Assembly: GCF_006345805.1 (NCBI RefSeq)
Contig: NW_021835265.1
Span: forward strand, 1 to 41,131
Direction: 5' to 3'
Length of the DNA stretch: 41,131 nucleotides
Origin: Octopus sinensis
Taxonomy: Eukaryota
The translations under genes and the position numbers were made by a program. Below are positions 1-10,265 of the stretch, piece after piece (positions within the stretch are counted from its first letter, which is position 1; every line of letters begins with the position of its first letter). The notes beneath the pieces are model-generated. The model worked only from the letters and a program-made list of their open reading frames with translations, made no database searches and had not been told where the DNA came from.

Positions 1-70
1 AATTTAACGTGTCTTTCATTCTAAGACAGAAACATGCAGCTTGTAACCGGTCAGATGGAAAATAACTTTT

Positions 71-111
71 CTCTCTCTCCATCTCTCTCTCCATATCTCT
101 CTCTCTCTCTC

Positions 112-147
<36 letters not shown>

Positions 148-418
148 ACTCAAAGCGTTACTATCTTGGGTTAGATACAGATGACTAGGAGTGGGCAGTA
201 AACTAAAGAAAGAAGCGAAATGAGAGCAGAGAGAGAGAGAGGTGACGTAATAAAGCGAGAGTATCTTTTATTTCTTTTGGTGGTGTCTCAAATTTAGGTT
301 AAATCAGTGTTTCTCAAAGGGGAGGCCTGTGGGACGGTCGGACAAGTTATTTTTTTGAGAAAATTTGGTTTAAATGTTTGAACAACTCAGCACCGTCCCA
401 TTAGACAGGGGCGTTTTG

Positions 419-508
<90 letters not shown>

Positions 509-516
509 GTATATAT
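71..516. repeat. (CT)n at 71-143 and (TA)n at ~422-516
   Basis: Direct reading. Confidence 0.95.
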
Positions 517-1352
517 CTGTCCGCCAGCTTTTCTGTCTTCCTTTCTTTCCGCCTAATTTAATAGATGAGTAGATATCTAGAAAACTACACACATGTGTGT
601 ATGTATATATATAGCTGTGCGCCTAGACAGATAGATGAACAACACTTCAGTAAATAACCGGAGTATTCTCAATACTTGGTAAATATTTTCTTTTGATCGG
701 CTGCAAATCGGATACCACAAGAGATACTCCAACTGCGGCTATTTCAGTATATTACTAGTATTTCCTTTTATCTACTTGAAAGTTAAGGTTCAACTCGTTG
801 TAAACACTTGATATTAAGATCGTTATATAGTGCTCGACTTCCTTTGCCGTTTTTACACAGTAAGCGAAGATCAGGCTGTAATGACATTTTTGAAACCGTT
901 TAACAAATGGCCTTGAATGTCTGTTAATGGAAGGCAACAAGCAAATTATTAACGATACTTTTCGGCTTGGCAGCTTTTAAATCTCGTCGAAGATTGCTTA
1001 AATTTCGTTCCAATTAATTCTAAATGATTCTGTGGACTTGCTCTTCAGTTTAGCTTATTAGAATCATTAGTTGGTCATAAAGACGGTCAACCTACGGTAA
1101 CTATGACAGCAGTTGAACCTGTAAGATGCACAAGTAATACCACTTAATTTCTTGTTTCATTTCTTTTCTTAAGTTTTTTCGTTAACATTCATTACAGCTT
1201 CTTGTCTCCTTCTTTCTCTCCCATACTTCATCTCCTCCTACTCTCAATATATACCCACATATTCTGAGCATGTTCTCCCGCTCTCTCTCCTCTCTCTAAA
1301 TTACTTCGTTATATACGTACGCATGTATAAACTAAACTGTTTGCCGTTTTTC

Positions 1353-1393
<41 letters not shown>

Positions 1394-1771
1394 GTTCCCG
1401 CTATTAGCAATTCCTTCCTCTGCCAAAAGCAATGATTTATATGTCATTGGATATATGATACTAAGGAGACTTTAGAAGGTTAGACTTCCTAGGAAGAATA
1501 ATGAATGCTTCAAATGCGATCCCTACAGGAACTATACCATTTGCAAGCGCTCTGTTAAATCACTAATATATTACAGTGGAAATGAAAACTAACAGCTTTT
1601 ATTAAGATAACTTTTTATTGTATTTATTCACTTAATTTTAATTGCTTTCTGGATTCTCTCTGACGTTATATAAATATCGATTTTTCCTGCCTTGTCGTTT
1701 TCCACCTACAAGCATTTTCTTCTCCATTTTCTTTCTTCTCTATTTCCCATCTACATGTTTTACGTGTATGC

Positions 1772-1810
<39 letters not shown>

Positions 1811-1812
<2 letters not shown>

Positions 1813-2147
1813 ACTGCGTGGCATCTTGGGCAAGTGTCTTCTGCTATAGCTCCGGGCCGACCAATGCCTTGTGAGTGGATTTGGTAGACGGAACTGAAAG
1901 AAGCCTATCGTATATATGTATTTATGTATGTGGTGTATGTTTGTGTGTCTGTGTTTGTCCCCTAGCATTGCTTGAAACACCGATGCTGGTGTGTTTACGT
2001 CCCCGTCACTTGCGGTTCGGCAAAAGAGACGATAGAATAAGTACTGGGCTTACAAAGAATAAGTCCCGGGGTCGAGTTGCTCGACTAAAGGCGGTGCTCC
2101 AGCATGGCCGCAGTCAAATACTGAAACAAGTAAAGAGTAAAAGAGTA
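1811..2147 (+). mobile_element. SINE family A (tRNA-like head, internal TA/TG microsatellite), 5'-truncated
   Basis: Colinear with seven other copies in the window; GGCA(T/C)CTTGGGCAAGTGTCTT central motif and a (AAAGAGT)n tail. Confidence 0.9.
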
Positions 2148-2161
2148 TATATGATATATAC

Positions 2162-2366
2162 ACTCCTTTACTCTTTTATTTGGTTCAGTCATCAGTTGAC
2201 TGCGGCTATGCTGGAGCACCGCCTTTAGTCGAGCAATCGACCTCAGGACTTATTCTTTGTAACCTAGTACTTATTCTAACGGTCTCTTTTGCCGAACCGC
2301 CAAGTTACATCGGTTATCAAGCGATGTTGGTGTGACAAACATAGACACACAAAAAACACACACATG

Positions 2367-2398
<32 letters not shown>

Positions 2399-2563
2399 TA
2401 CGACAGGCTTCTTTCAGTTTCCGTCTACCAAATCCACTCACATGGCTTTGGTCGGCCCGAGGCTATAGTAGAAGACACTTCCCCAAGGTACCACGCAGTG
2501 GGACTGAACCCGTAACCATGTGGTCGGTAAACAAGCTACTTACCACACAGCCACTCCTGCGCC
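2162..2563 (-). mobile_element. SINE family A, full length
   Basis: Minus strand begins GGCGCAGGAGTGGCTGTGTGGTAAG and has a B-box-like GGTTCAGTCCC; tail-to-tail with the 1811 copy. Confidence 0.9.
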
Positions 2564-4754
2564 TATATATATGTATGTATTTAAAAGGTCGGGCGATTAC
2601 AGTATATATATATACAGAAAATTACTTCAGATAAAATTAATTAAATTAATATCACGAGCGAGCAAGATGTTTAAAGATTTATAATGGTCATCGGATGAAG
2701 TAAAATTAAACAGAGTAAGACGATTTAAAACTGTCGTCGAATGAAATATAAATATAATGAAGTGCGATATATCTTAGGATCGTAAGATCTGAATATATAT
2801 ATATTATATATAGTTATATATATATACCCATATATATACCACACACCACACACCACACTACCCCCACCATTTACTTCCTCCCCAAAATCCACAAACCCAA
2901 CAACCCTGGCCGTCCCATCGTCTCCGCCTGTAAACTGCCCCACGGAGCACATCTCCTAAATACCTCGACCGTGTCCTTGCCCCCCCTAGTGGCATCTCTT
3001 CCCTCCCACATCCACGATACCAACCATGCTCTCCGGCTTTTCAACTCTTTCTCCTTTCCTCCCGCTCCTCCAAAATCCTTTTTACTATGGACATCCAAAG
3101 CCTCTATACTGTTTATCCCTCACCACGAAGGACTGCAGCCCTTCGACACTTTCTTGACCTCCGCTCTAACCCTGTACCTGACACCCTCCACACTCATTCG
3201 TCTGGCCGAACTTGTCCTTACTTCTGAACTGCTTCTCGTTCGCGGGCGAGTTCTACCATCAGGTCTCGGGAGTGGCCATCGGAACGCGAATGGGCCCCAA
3301 CTATGCGAACCTGTACGTTGGCTATGTTGAGGCCCAAATATTCTCTAATTTCACTGGTCCCACTCCTGAACTATATGGTCGTTACATCGACGACATTATC
3401 GGTGCCATCTCAGTCTCCCGCGAACATCTAGATTCCTTTCTCCTCTTCGTCCAATCTTTCCATCCAGCCCTCCACTTCACTTCCACTATCTCCAACACCT
3501 CTGTCTCCTTCCTCGACATTTCGGTTAGCATTCTTCACTCCACTCTTACCACCTCCATTCACTACAAACACACAGACTCACACTCATACCTCAACTTCTC
3601 TTCCTCCCACCCCAGAACACACCAAGCTTTCCATCCCCTATTCAATTCCTCCGTCTACGTAGGCTCTGTAGTGACGACCATGACTTTGAGACTCAGTCTC
3701 AACGTATGGCTCACCACTTCACCCTACGTGGATACCCTCTCACCACTATCCACACCGCCCTTGCCAGAGCACGGTCCGTGGACGTGTATCTGCTCTCTCT
3801 CCCCGAACCGCCCTGTAGTCTCCCGCCTCCCTTTTCCCCTCACTTACCACCCCACGACCCTACGTCTCCACGCACCATTCTTCGAGCTTTCCGTCATCTC
3901 CAGTCCGACCCTCCACTTCACACCTCTTCCCTAACCGACCCCTCCCCTCTTTCAAACAAGCCCACAACCTTCGAGACCTTTTGGTCCATAGCTCCTTCCT
4001 GACCCTACCTCCCAACCCCGGCTCGTTCCCCTGCTCCCCGCCCACGTTGCCGCACTTGCCCTTACCTCTCCACCACCAACCACCCCCGCCTCACTAGCAC
4101 CCACCATCGACCCTATCCCATCATCCACTCCTTCACCTGCACCTCCAGCAATATATCTATTGCATCTCTTGCTCTCTCTGCAATTCCTTGTACATCGGAC
4201 AAACGGGACGCCGCTTGGCTGACCGGTTCGCGGAACACCTTCGTGACATCCCCTTGCGAACGACACACCGGTCTCACACGCCATTTCCGCTCACCGGTCA
4301 CTCCTTGCAACCCTATCTGTGTTCGGTTTTGTCCTTACACAGAGGCCATCCGGATTCCCGTTTTCGCGCCGTGAACAATTAATCTTGCTCTCTCTCGCTC
4401 TTATACGCCATTTGGTCTCAACTCTCCCCCCCCTCCTCACCTATCCTTTCCCCCCCACCCCTACTTCTTCAGTCCTTCATCCTTTCATCACCCCTACTTC
4501 CCCTTCCCTTCTTCCCTCTTTCTCCTCCCTCCTTCCCTCTTCCCCTTCCCTCTGCTCCCTCACTCCCTCTCTCCCCCTCCCTCCCTCTTTCCTCCTTCCT
4601 CCCCCTCCTCCCCTTCCTTCCCCCTCCTCTCTCTCCTCTTCCCCCTCTCCTCCCCCTCTTCTTCCCCTCCCCTTCTCTCCCCCCCTCTTCTCCCCTCCCC
4701 CTCTCTCCTCACTACACCACACGACGTTACACATCACATCATATAGGATGTGCC

Positions 4755-5141
4755 ATACTAATAATACATACACCAACTAATACATGCTAATACGTACTAA
4801 TACATACTATACATACTAATACATACACCAACTCTAATCATACACACGTCCAGACCCCTCATACGCACTTATACTCTCTCATACACACACACACCCACTT
4901 ATACATACTAATACGTACTAATACATACTATACATACTAATACATACACCAACCCCCTACATACGCACGTCCACACCAATCCTACGCACTAATACTCTCT
5001 CATACACACACACACACACACACCACACCCCTTATACATACTATAAATACACCAACCCTATACATACACACGTCCACCCCTCCTACGCACTATTAGCTGG
5101 TCCTTCAACCCTATTATCAACCCTATTATCAACCCTATTAT
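4755..5141. repeat. Imperfect AC-rich tandem repeats and 3 x 12-bp CAACCCTATTAT in the PLE 3' region
   Basis: Recurrent CTAATACGTACTAATACATACTATACATAC and CACGTCCA..TACGCACT units about 120 bp apart; CAACCCTATTAT x3 at 5106-5141. Confidence 0.8.
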
Positions 5142-5276
5142 CTCCCCTTATTTCGCTCTCGCGTCTCATGTTTGATCTTTGACCTCTGGCCGAAATCAGA
5201 TCGCCATGTTGATTCGTTAGCTACTGCACGCATTTTTTTTCTCTCCTTCTTTCTGTGTTTTTTTTCTCTCTGTGTA

Positions 5277-5314
5277 TCTTTCTGTTGAAGAGCGTAGGCT
5301 CGAAACGTTAAAGA
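5277..5314 (+). ncRNA. Minimal hammerhead-like motif (atypical core CTGTTGA) in the PLE 3' repeat
   Basis: TCTTT-CTGTTGA-A-GAGC(GTAG)GCTC-GAA-ACGT-T-AAAGA: stem I TCTTT/AAAGA, 4-bp stem II, palindromic ACGT stem III. Confidence 0.6.
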
Positions 5315-5680
5315 CTTGTTTTATTTATATTTCCTGAGCGCCATACTAATACAATTGTTCGTTTGTTTTCCACCTGCCTTCGTCTTTTGTCTATTTTCAT
5401 AAAGCTTCCCGTTATATATATATATATATATAACGTTATATAATTAGGGTTTAGTAAAATAAATAGGGCTTAGTAAAAACTAAGCCCTAATTATATAACG
5501 TAATATTTTGAATACGCCTTAAAATGGTCCTTTTACATACTGAACACTACTTGGTGAAATAATTAATAACTAATTGATTTTACCCTTAATTATTGATATA
5601 TATAATATTATATATATATATATTATATATGTGTTTGTGTGTGTGTGTGTGTGTGTGTATATAATATGGTATATATATAA

Positions 5681-5716
<36 letters not shown>

Positions 5717-6838
5717 GATCTTACGATCCTAAGATATATCACACTTCATTATATTTGAAAGAAAGAAAATGGAGAAATGTGGATGTATGAATAATTTATT
5801 GTATATCAAGATGCTGAAAGTTTTTTTTAATAGAAATACAGATAAATTATAAGTTGTAAAGCTCAAAAAGAAATGGGAGATAAAAAAATTCAACATCTTT
5901 ATGTCATACATATAAATTATTCACACATCCATTTTTCTCCATTCTTTTCTTTCAGTATTAATAATACGTATTACTACAATAATCCTTATCATATCTCAGA
6001 GACGTTTGCATTATATGATAGTGATTAACCAGTGGGATTTTTTTGGGGGGATTATATAATCCCTAGTGTGGATCTAACATCCTTGAACTGACTGACGATA
6101 TATAAACACATGTACACATATATACATATGCATCAGATACTCAGAAACGACTTGAGAAGAATATTCAGCGAAATAGATATATAACTATTAAAGCCAAACT
6201 AACAGCATTTAACCTTCTTGACACAGGTCAACTTTGAAATGCAGGCATACCCTACTAAACCAGAAATGCGAATGACAAAACTACATACACAAGTATTTCA
6301 ACCACCTACCAGCCATGATTAGGAATTTTGTAACCGGCACATCTTGGAGAGTTCTTGATTTATTATCATAAGATATTTTTTCAGCAGAACTACACACACC
6401 ATGGGTAATAACGACTGCCGAGAAACAAACGCTGCTTTGGGGAAAAATTTTTTCCAAAAGGATTATTTCGCACAAAACAAAAGAACCGAAAAAAAGATAG
6501 ATATTCTGATTTAATCCACATTTTAAAGATAATTTCTCCACCAATAAAAACATAAATTTCTTATACTTGATACCACATCTTTTATCAACGTATAAATACA
6601 GCAAACGTTTAGATAGTATTGTTTCCTAACTTCCACTCCACAACTAGGAACCAACTTTTAAATGCAGAAACCCCTCAATATATAAGTTTAAAGAATGGTC
6701 CCTCTCTAAAATGGTTATATATGAAGCCTAATTTTTAAGTGCTATCCTTTAATTGGTTGAAAGCTATGTGAGTGTTACTTTAAATATGTTTAAGAGCAGA
6801 TAATACTTGCATATACAAAGACAAAGAGGATTACCTCT

Positions 6839-7086
6839 GTGGAGGCGCGTGGCTTAGTGGTTAGGGTGTTGAACTCATGATCGTAAGGTTGTGGTCTCGA
6901 TTCCTAGACTGGGCGATGAGTTGTGTTCTTGAGCAAAACACTTCATTTTCACGTTGCTCCAGTCCACTCAGCTGGCAAAAATGAGTAATCCTGCGACGGA
7001 CGGGAGTCCCGTCCAGGTGGGGAATTTCTACGCCCCTGAAACCGGGAAACCGGCCCTTATGAGCCTGGCATGGCTCGAGAAGGAAA
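6839..7086 (+). mobile_element. SINE family C (tRNA-like head, CORE/Meta-like domain), tail variant 1
   Basis: A box GTGGCTTAGTGGTTAG and B-box-like GGTCTCGATTCC; TTGTGTTCTTGAGCAAAACAC..CCACTCAGCTG; tail ..GAAACCGGGAAACCGGCC..GAGCCTGGC. Confidence 0.85.
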
Positions 7087-7452
7087 GAAAGATTACCTCA
7101 GCTTCTCTCCAGTAATATCGAATATTATTATTATTATTAAAGTAGCTTCATATAACTGCAGGGCGCGAAACTGATGGTTATACTTCACAGAAACATATCA
7201 AATCCAAAACAGCCATTTTTTCAATGACCTGAAGATTGCCTGATCTAGTACAAGTGCACGAAATATGATTAATAGTTAATCTTATGACATCTCAAATTTA
7301 GTTATATGAATTTTCTTTTTCATGCAATATGAGATATGTCTTTAAATTTATATACAAATGAATGCTTTTGTCATAGGATATATTCTTTAAATATAGAAAT
7401 TGTTAAAACATCATGATTAATAAGAAATACAATGCACTTTGAATGGATGGTA

Positions 7453-7733
7453 ACAGAGCTGGTATGGACAGGAAATATAAGCGTAGTTATAAAAATTGAA
7501 GAATAATGGTTGAATATAGACAAAGGACAACGGTACAATTCAAGGCCACTTCCTCGGTCCAGAGATATCGGTCTTTTGAGCAATGAAAAGGTGTATTTTA
7601 CAGAGCTGGTATGGACAGGAAACATAACCGTAATTATAAAAACGAAGAATAATGGTTGAATATAATTCAAGGCCGCTTCCTCGGTCCGGAGATATCGGTC
7701 TTTTGTTAATGGAAGAAGTATATTTTACAGAAG
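7453..7733. repeat. Imperfect tandem direct repeat (units of 147 and 127 bp)
   Basis: ACAGAGCTGGTATGGACAGGAAA at 7453 and 7600, ACAGAAG at 7727; the second unit lacks ~20 nt. Confidence 0.9.
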
Positions 7734-7847
7734 TTACTTCAATTGTCATGGTGAGAAAGCATCAGCATGCTTACTTCAATAACTGACCTTCAGCTTAATG
7801 TTTACATGCGATCACGAAATCCATAACCATACACTGTAAGCCAGCAC

Positions 7848-7899
7848 TATATATATATATATATATCTATATATATATATATATATAATATATATATAT

Positions 7900-7994
<95 letters not shown>

Positions 7995-8030
7995 GTAGGT
8001 AGGTAGGTAGGTAGGTAGATAGATAGATAT

Positions 8031-8106
<76 letters not shown>

Positions 8107-8115
8107 GTAGGTAGG

Positions 8116-8181
<66 letters not shown>

Positions 8182-8189
8182 TAGATAGG

Positions 8190-8275
<86 letters not shown>

Positions 8276-8284
8276 TAGATAGAT
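7848..8284. repeat. Compound microsatellite (TA)n(AG)n(AGAT)n
   Basis: Direct reading. Confidence 0.98.
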
Positions 8285-8614
8285 ATGTTGTTTAGAGTTC
8301 ATTGTATATTGTAAATCTTTAGCTGAATGCTGTTCACGCAATCTGGCGTTAGTTCCATTTTATTCAATATAATGGAACATGCATTATGCAATATGAACTT
8401 GCATTTTCTTCTTTGTGAATTCACGGTCGGCTATATTCCTCAATTGATTTATACATTGTTTAATGTATATCTCGTTACGTGTTTTGAATCTCGACTGATA
8501 CCATCATCTAACACGGAATATCCCACAAACGTATATATATATATATATATACATACGTACAGATCATACAATTACATGCATACACACGCATATACAAACT
8601 TGCACATTCATACG

Positions 8615-9781
8615 TCGTTATAGTCGTTAAAGAATTATTGATAACAAACATAACTTACGCACCGATACAATGCGAATGAAGGCAGATAACCCTTATTTAA
8701 TCCCCTATTATCGATCTATGAGTAAATATAACACCTTCAAAAGTAATTACGCTATGAATACTAGTAAAAATATTTGGTTAATAATTCCTTACGGGAGACA
8801 AATTAAATCTAATCTCCCACTGCTGTTTCGTAAAGCTATTGCTTGGAATTTTCCAAACAATTATAGATATTACTCTATAATTAATTCACATAAGGTTAGG
8901 ATAGGTTTTTCAAACACAAAAATCTCTTGCAAATTATCTCTTCTCATAATAACAAACTGTTAAATATTAATACATTTACTAATACTAACATTAATTTAGC
9001 TAATACCATCCAACCCTCTAGAAATATTAATAACATGGTTATTGTATCTGAAGTCAATTCCAATAGAATTAAGTTTATGTCAAGTAACTCTAAGATTTAA
9101 AATTCTATATACCAGTGTATAATCAGTACTCGTAATAAAGTACGATTTTACATTGGAAGCACATCGTTAGAGTTATCTAAAAGAATTTCTATCCATTACT
9201 CAACATTTAGGGATAGAAATAAACGGAATAGTACCGGTCTCAGCAAACTGATTTGGGATTTAAAAGACCACAATGAACAATTTCATTTAGAATGGTTGAT
9301 TCTCTCAATTTCGATACCATATGACAAAGGCAAGAAATTCTGTCTTCTCTGCAATTCTGAGCTATTTTTCATTATTTTTTCAAAAGATACTCTAGTAAAC
9401 ACGGTTATAGAGCGAGCATACAGATGTAAACATTGGCAAAAACATACATTTAGTGCATATAAGTAGTCTCTATCATTATATATAATTTAAACTTTAATTT
9501 CCTTTATATTTAACATTCACTATTAATATCCCTACTCTTTCTGTTAGCTACTTATGACGTTATATCATATAACGTTTTTTTAAACAATATTAATAGCGTT
9601 CTGTCTATCGCTATACAAATCCATCATTTTTTGCTAAAATGTCTTATTGACGAGTTTCGTTTTTTCACTTTCCTGAGGAGAAGATTGCATTGTTTATACC
9701 ATTTATTCTTTTGAATAGTATCAGTGGAATTTTCGAAACATGTGTCGAAAGTAAAATATTTGATTACACCTGCGTTTTTAA

Positions 9782-9785
<4 letters not shown>
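8615..9785 (+). mobile_element. Penelope-like element 3' portion (Naiad-like): RT C-terminus, GIY-YIG endonuclease and 3' UTR with ribozyme
   Basis: KNIWLIIPYGRQIKSNLPLLFRKAIAWNFPNN..SIINSHKVRIGFSNTK/NLLQIISSHNNK. An ATG-less open frame at 9101-9466, missed by the ORF track, reads NSIYQC...FYIGST...NSTGLSKLIWDLK...LEWLIL...PY...FCLLCNSE...RCKH. Clade assignment is from remembered motifs. Confidence 0.85.
9667..9752 (+). ncRNA. Type I hammerhead ribozyme motif with extended stem II
   Basis: Stem I ACTTTC/GAAAGT; core CTGAGGA (9673-9679); stem II GAAGATT.../...AATTTTC; GAAA (9735-9738); stem III ACA-TG-TGT; GTC cleavage triplet ending at 9746. Confidence 0.8.
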
Positions 9786-9854
<69 letters not shown>

Positions 9855-9951
9855 TGAGGGTGAGAAATTGGATATTAATTTAATTAATATCAATTTAACA
9901 CCAGTGTCTAGCATATTAAAATCTGAAGGTTCAGAAAATTGTATTATATAC

Positions 9952-10207
9952 ATATGAGAGGGATGACCACTATGTGTACAACCCTTATGCTAGAAGTAGA
10001 TCTGCTATGGTCTTACCACTAAGAAATGTTCTCAAGAAAAAATTTAGCAAACACCAGAACGTAAGCGAGCAAGACTTTTCATTTGTGTTGCTCACTTACG
10101 TTCTGGTGTTTGCTAAATTTTTCTTGAGAACATTTCTTAGTGGTAAAACCTTAGCGGATCTACTTCTAGCATAAGGGTTGTCCACATGGTGGACATCCCT
10201 CTCATAT
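9952..10207. repeat. Foldback/MITE-like element with ~121-bp arms and a 15-nt loop
   Basis: Arms 9952-10072 and 10088-10207; I count 7 mismatches and 1 indel; embedded in TA repeats. Confidence 0.9.
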
Positions 10208-10265
10208 ATATATACATATACATACAATATATATATATATATACATACATATGTATATATACATA

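Larger units (their letters stand above)
2866..5410 (+). mobile_element. Penelope-like retroelement (PLE), 5'-truncated: reverse transcriptase, GIY-YIG endonuclease and 3' terminal (pLTR-like) region
   Basis: Re-framed translation gives LPKIHKPNNPGRPIVSAC..., MDIQSLYT, GVAIGTRMGPNYANLYVGYVE, YGRYIDDI, SFHPALHFT, VSFLDISV, YKHTDSHSYLNFSSSHP (PLE RT). It then gives PCS.PRCRTCPY and FTCTSSN.IYCISCSLCNSLYIGQTGRRLADRFAEHL (GIY-YIG, ~4030-4250). Several 1-nt frameshifts. Outer boundaries approximate. Confidence 0.92.

Noticed and set aside
5440-5495. Telomeric TTAGGG-like sequence near the PLE end
   Set aside because: Only isolated single units, not an array.
6130-6830. Possible decayed PLE RT (TMGNND resembling TMGSYD) upstream of the Naiad-like fragment
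   Set aside because: Many stops and only one weak motif; cannot be supported without a profile search.
6839-6915. tRNA genes (A and B boxes at SINE heads, also at 22519, 25871-25947 and 35246)
   Set aside because: They lack a complete acceptor stem and run straight into SINE bodies.
7530-7690. Half-hammerhead CCGAGGAAGTGGCC on the minus strand of the tandem repeat
   Set aside because: No second stem II strand or GAAA follows in either unit; at best a deleted remnant.
8615-9785. Selenoprotein-encoding Naiad (in-frame UGA plus SECIS)
   Set aside because: The only in-frame stop before the endonuclease is TAA, and the long stem II hairpin lacks the AUGA/GA quartet of a SECIS.
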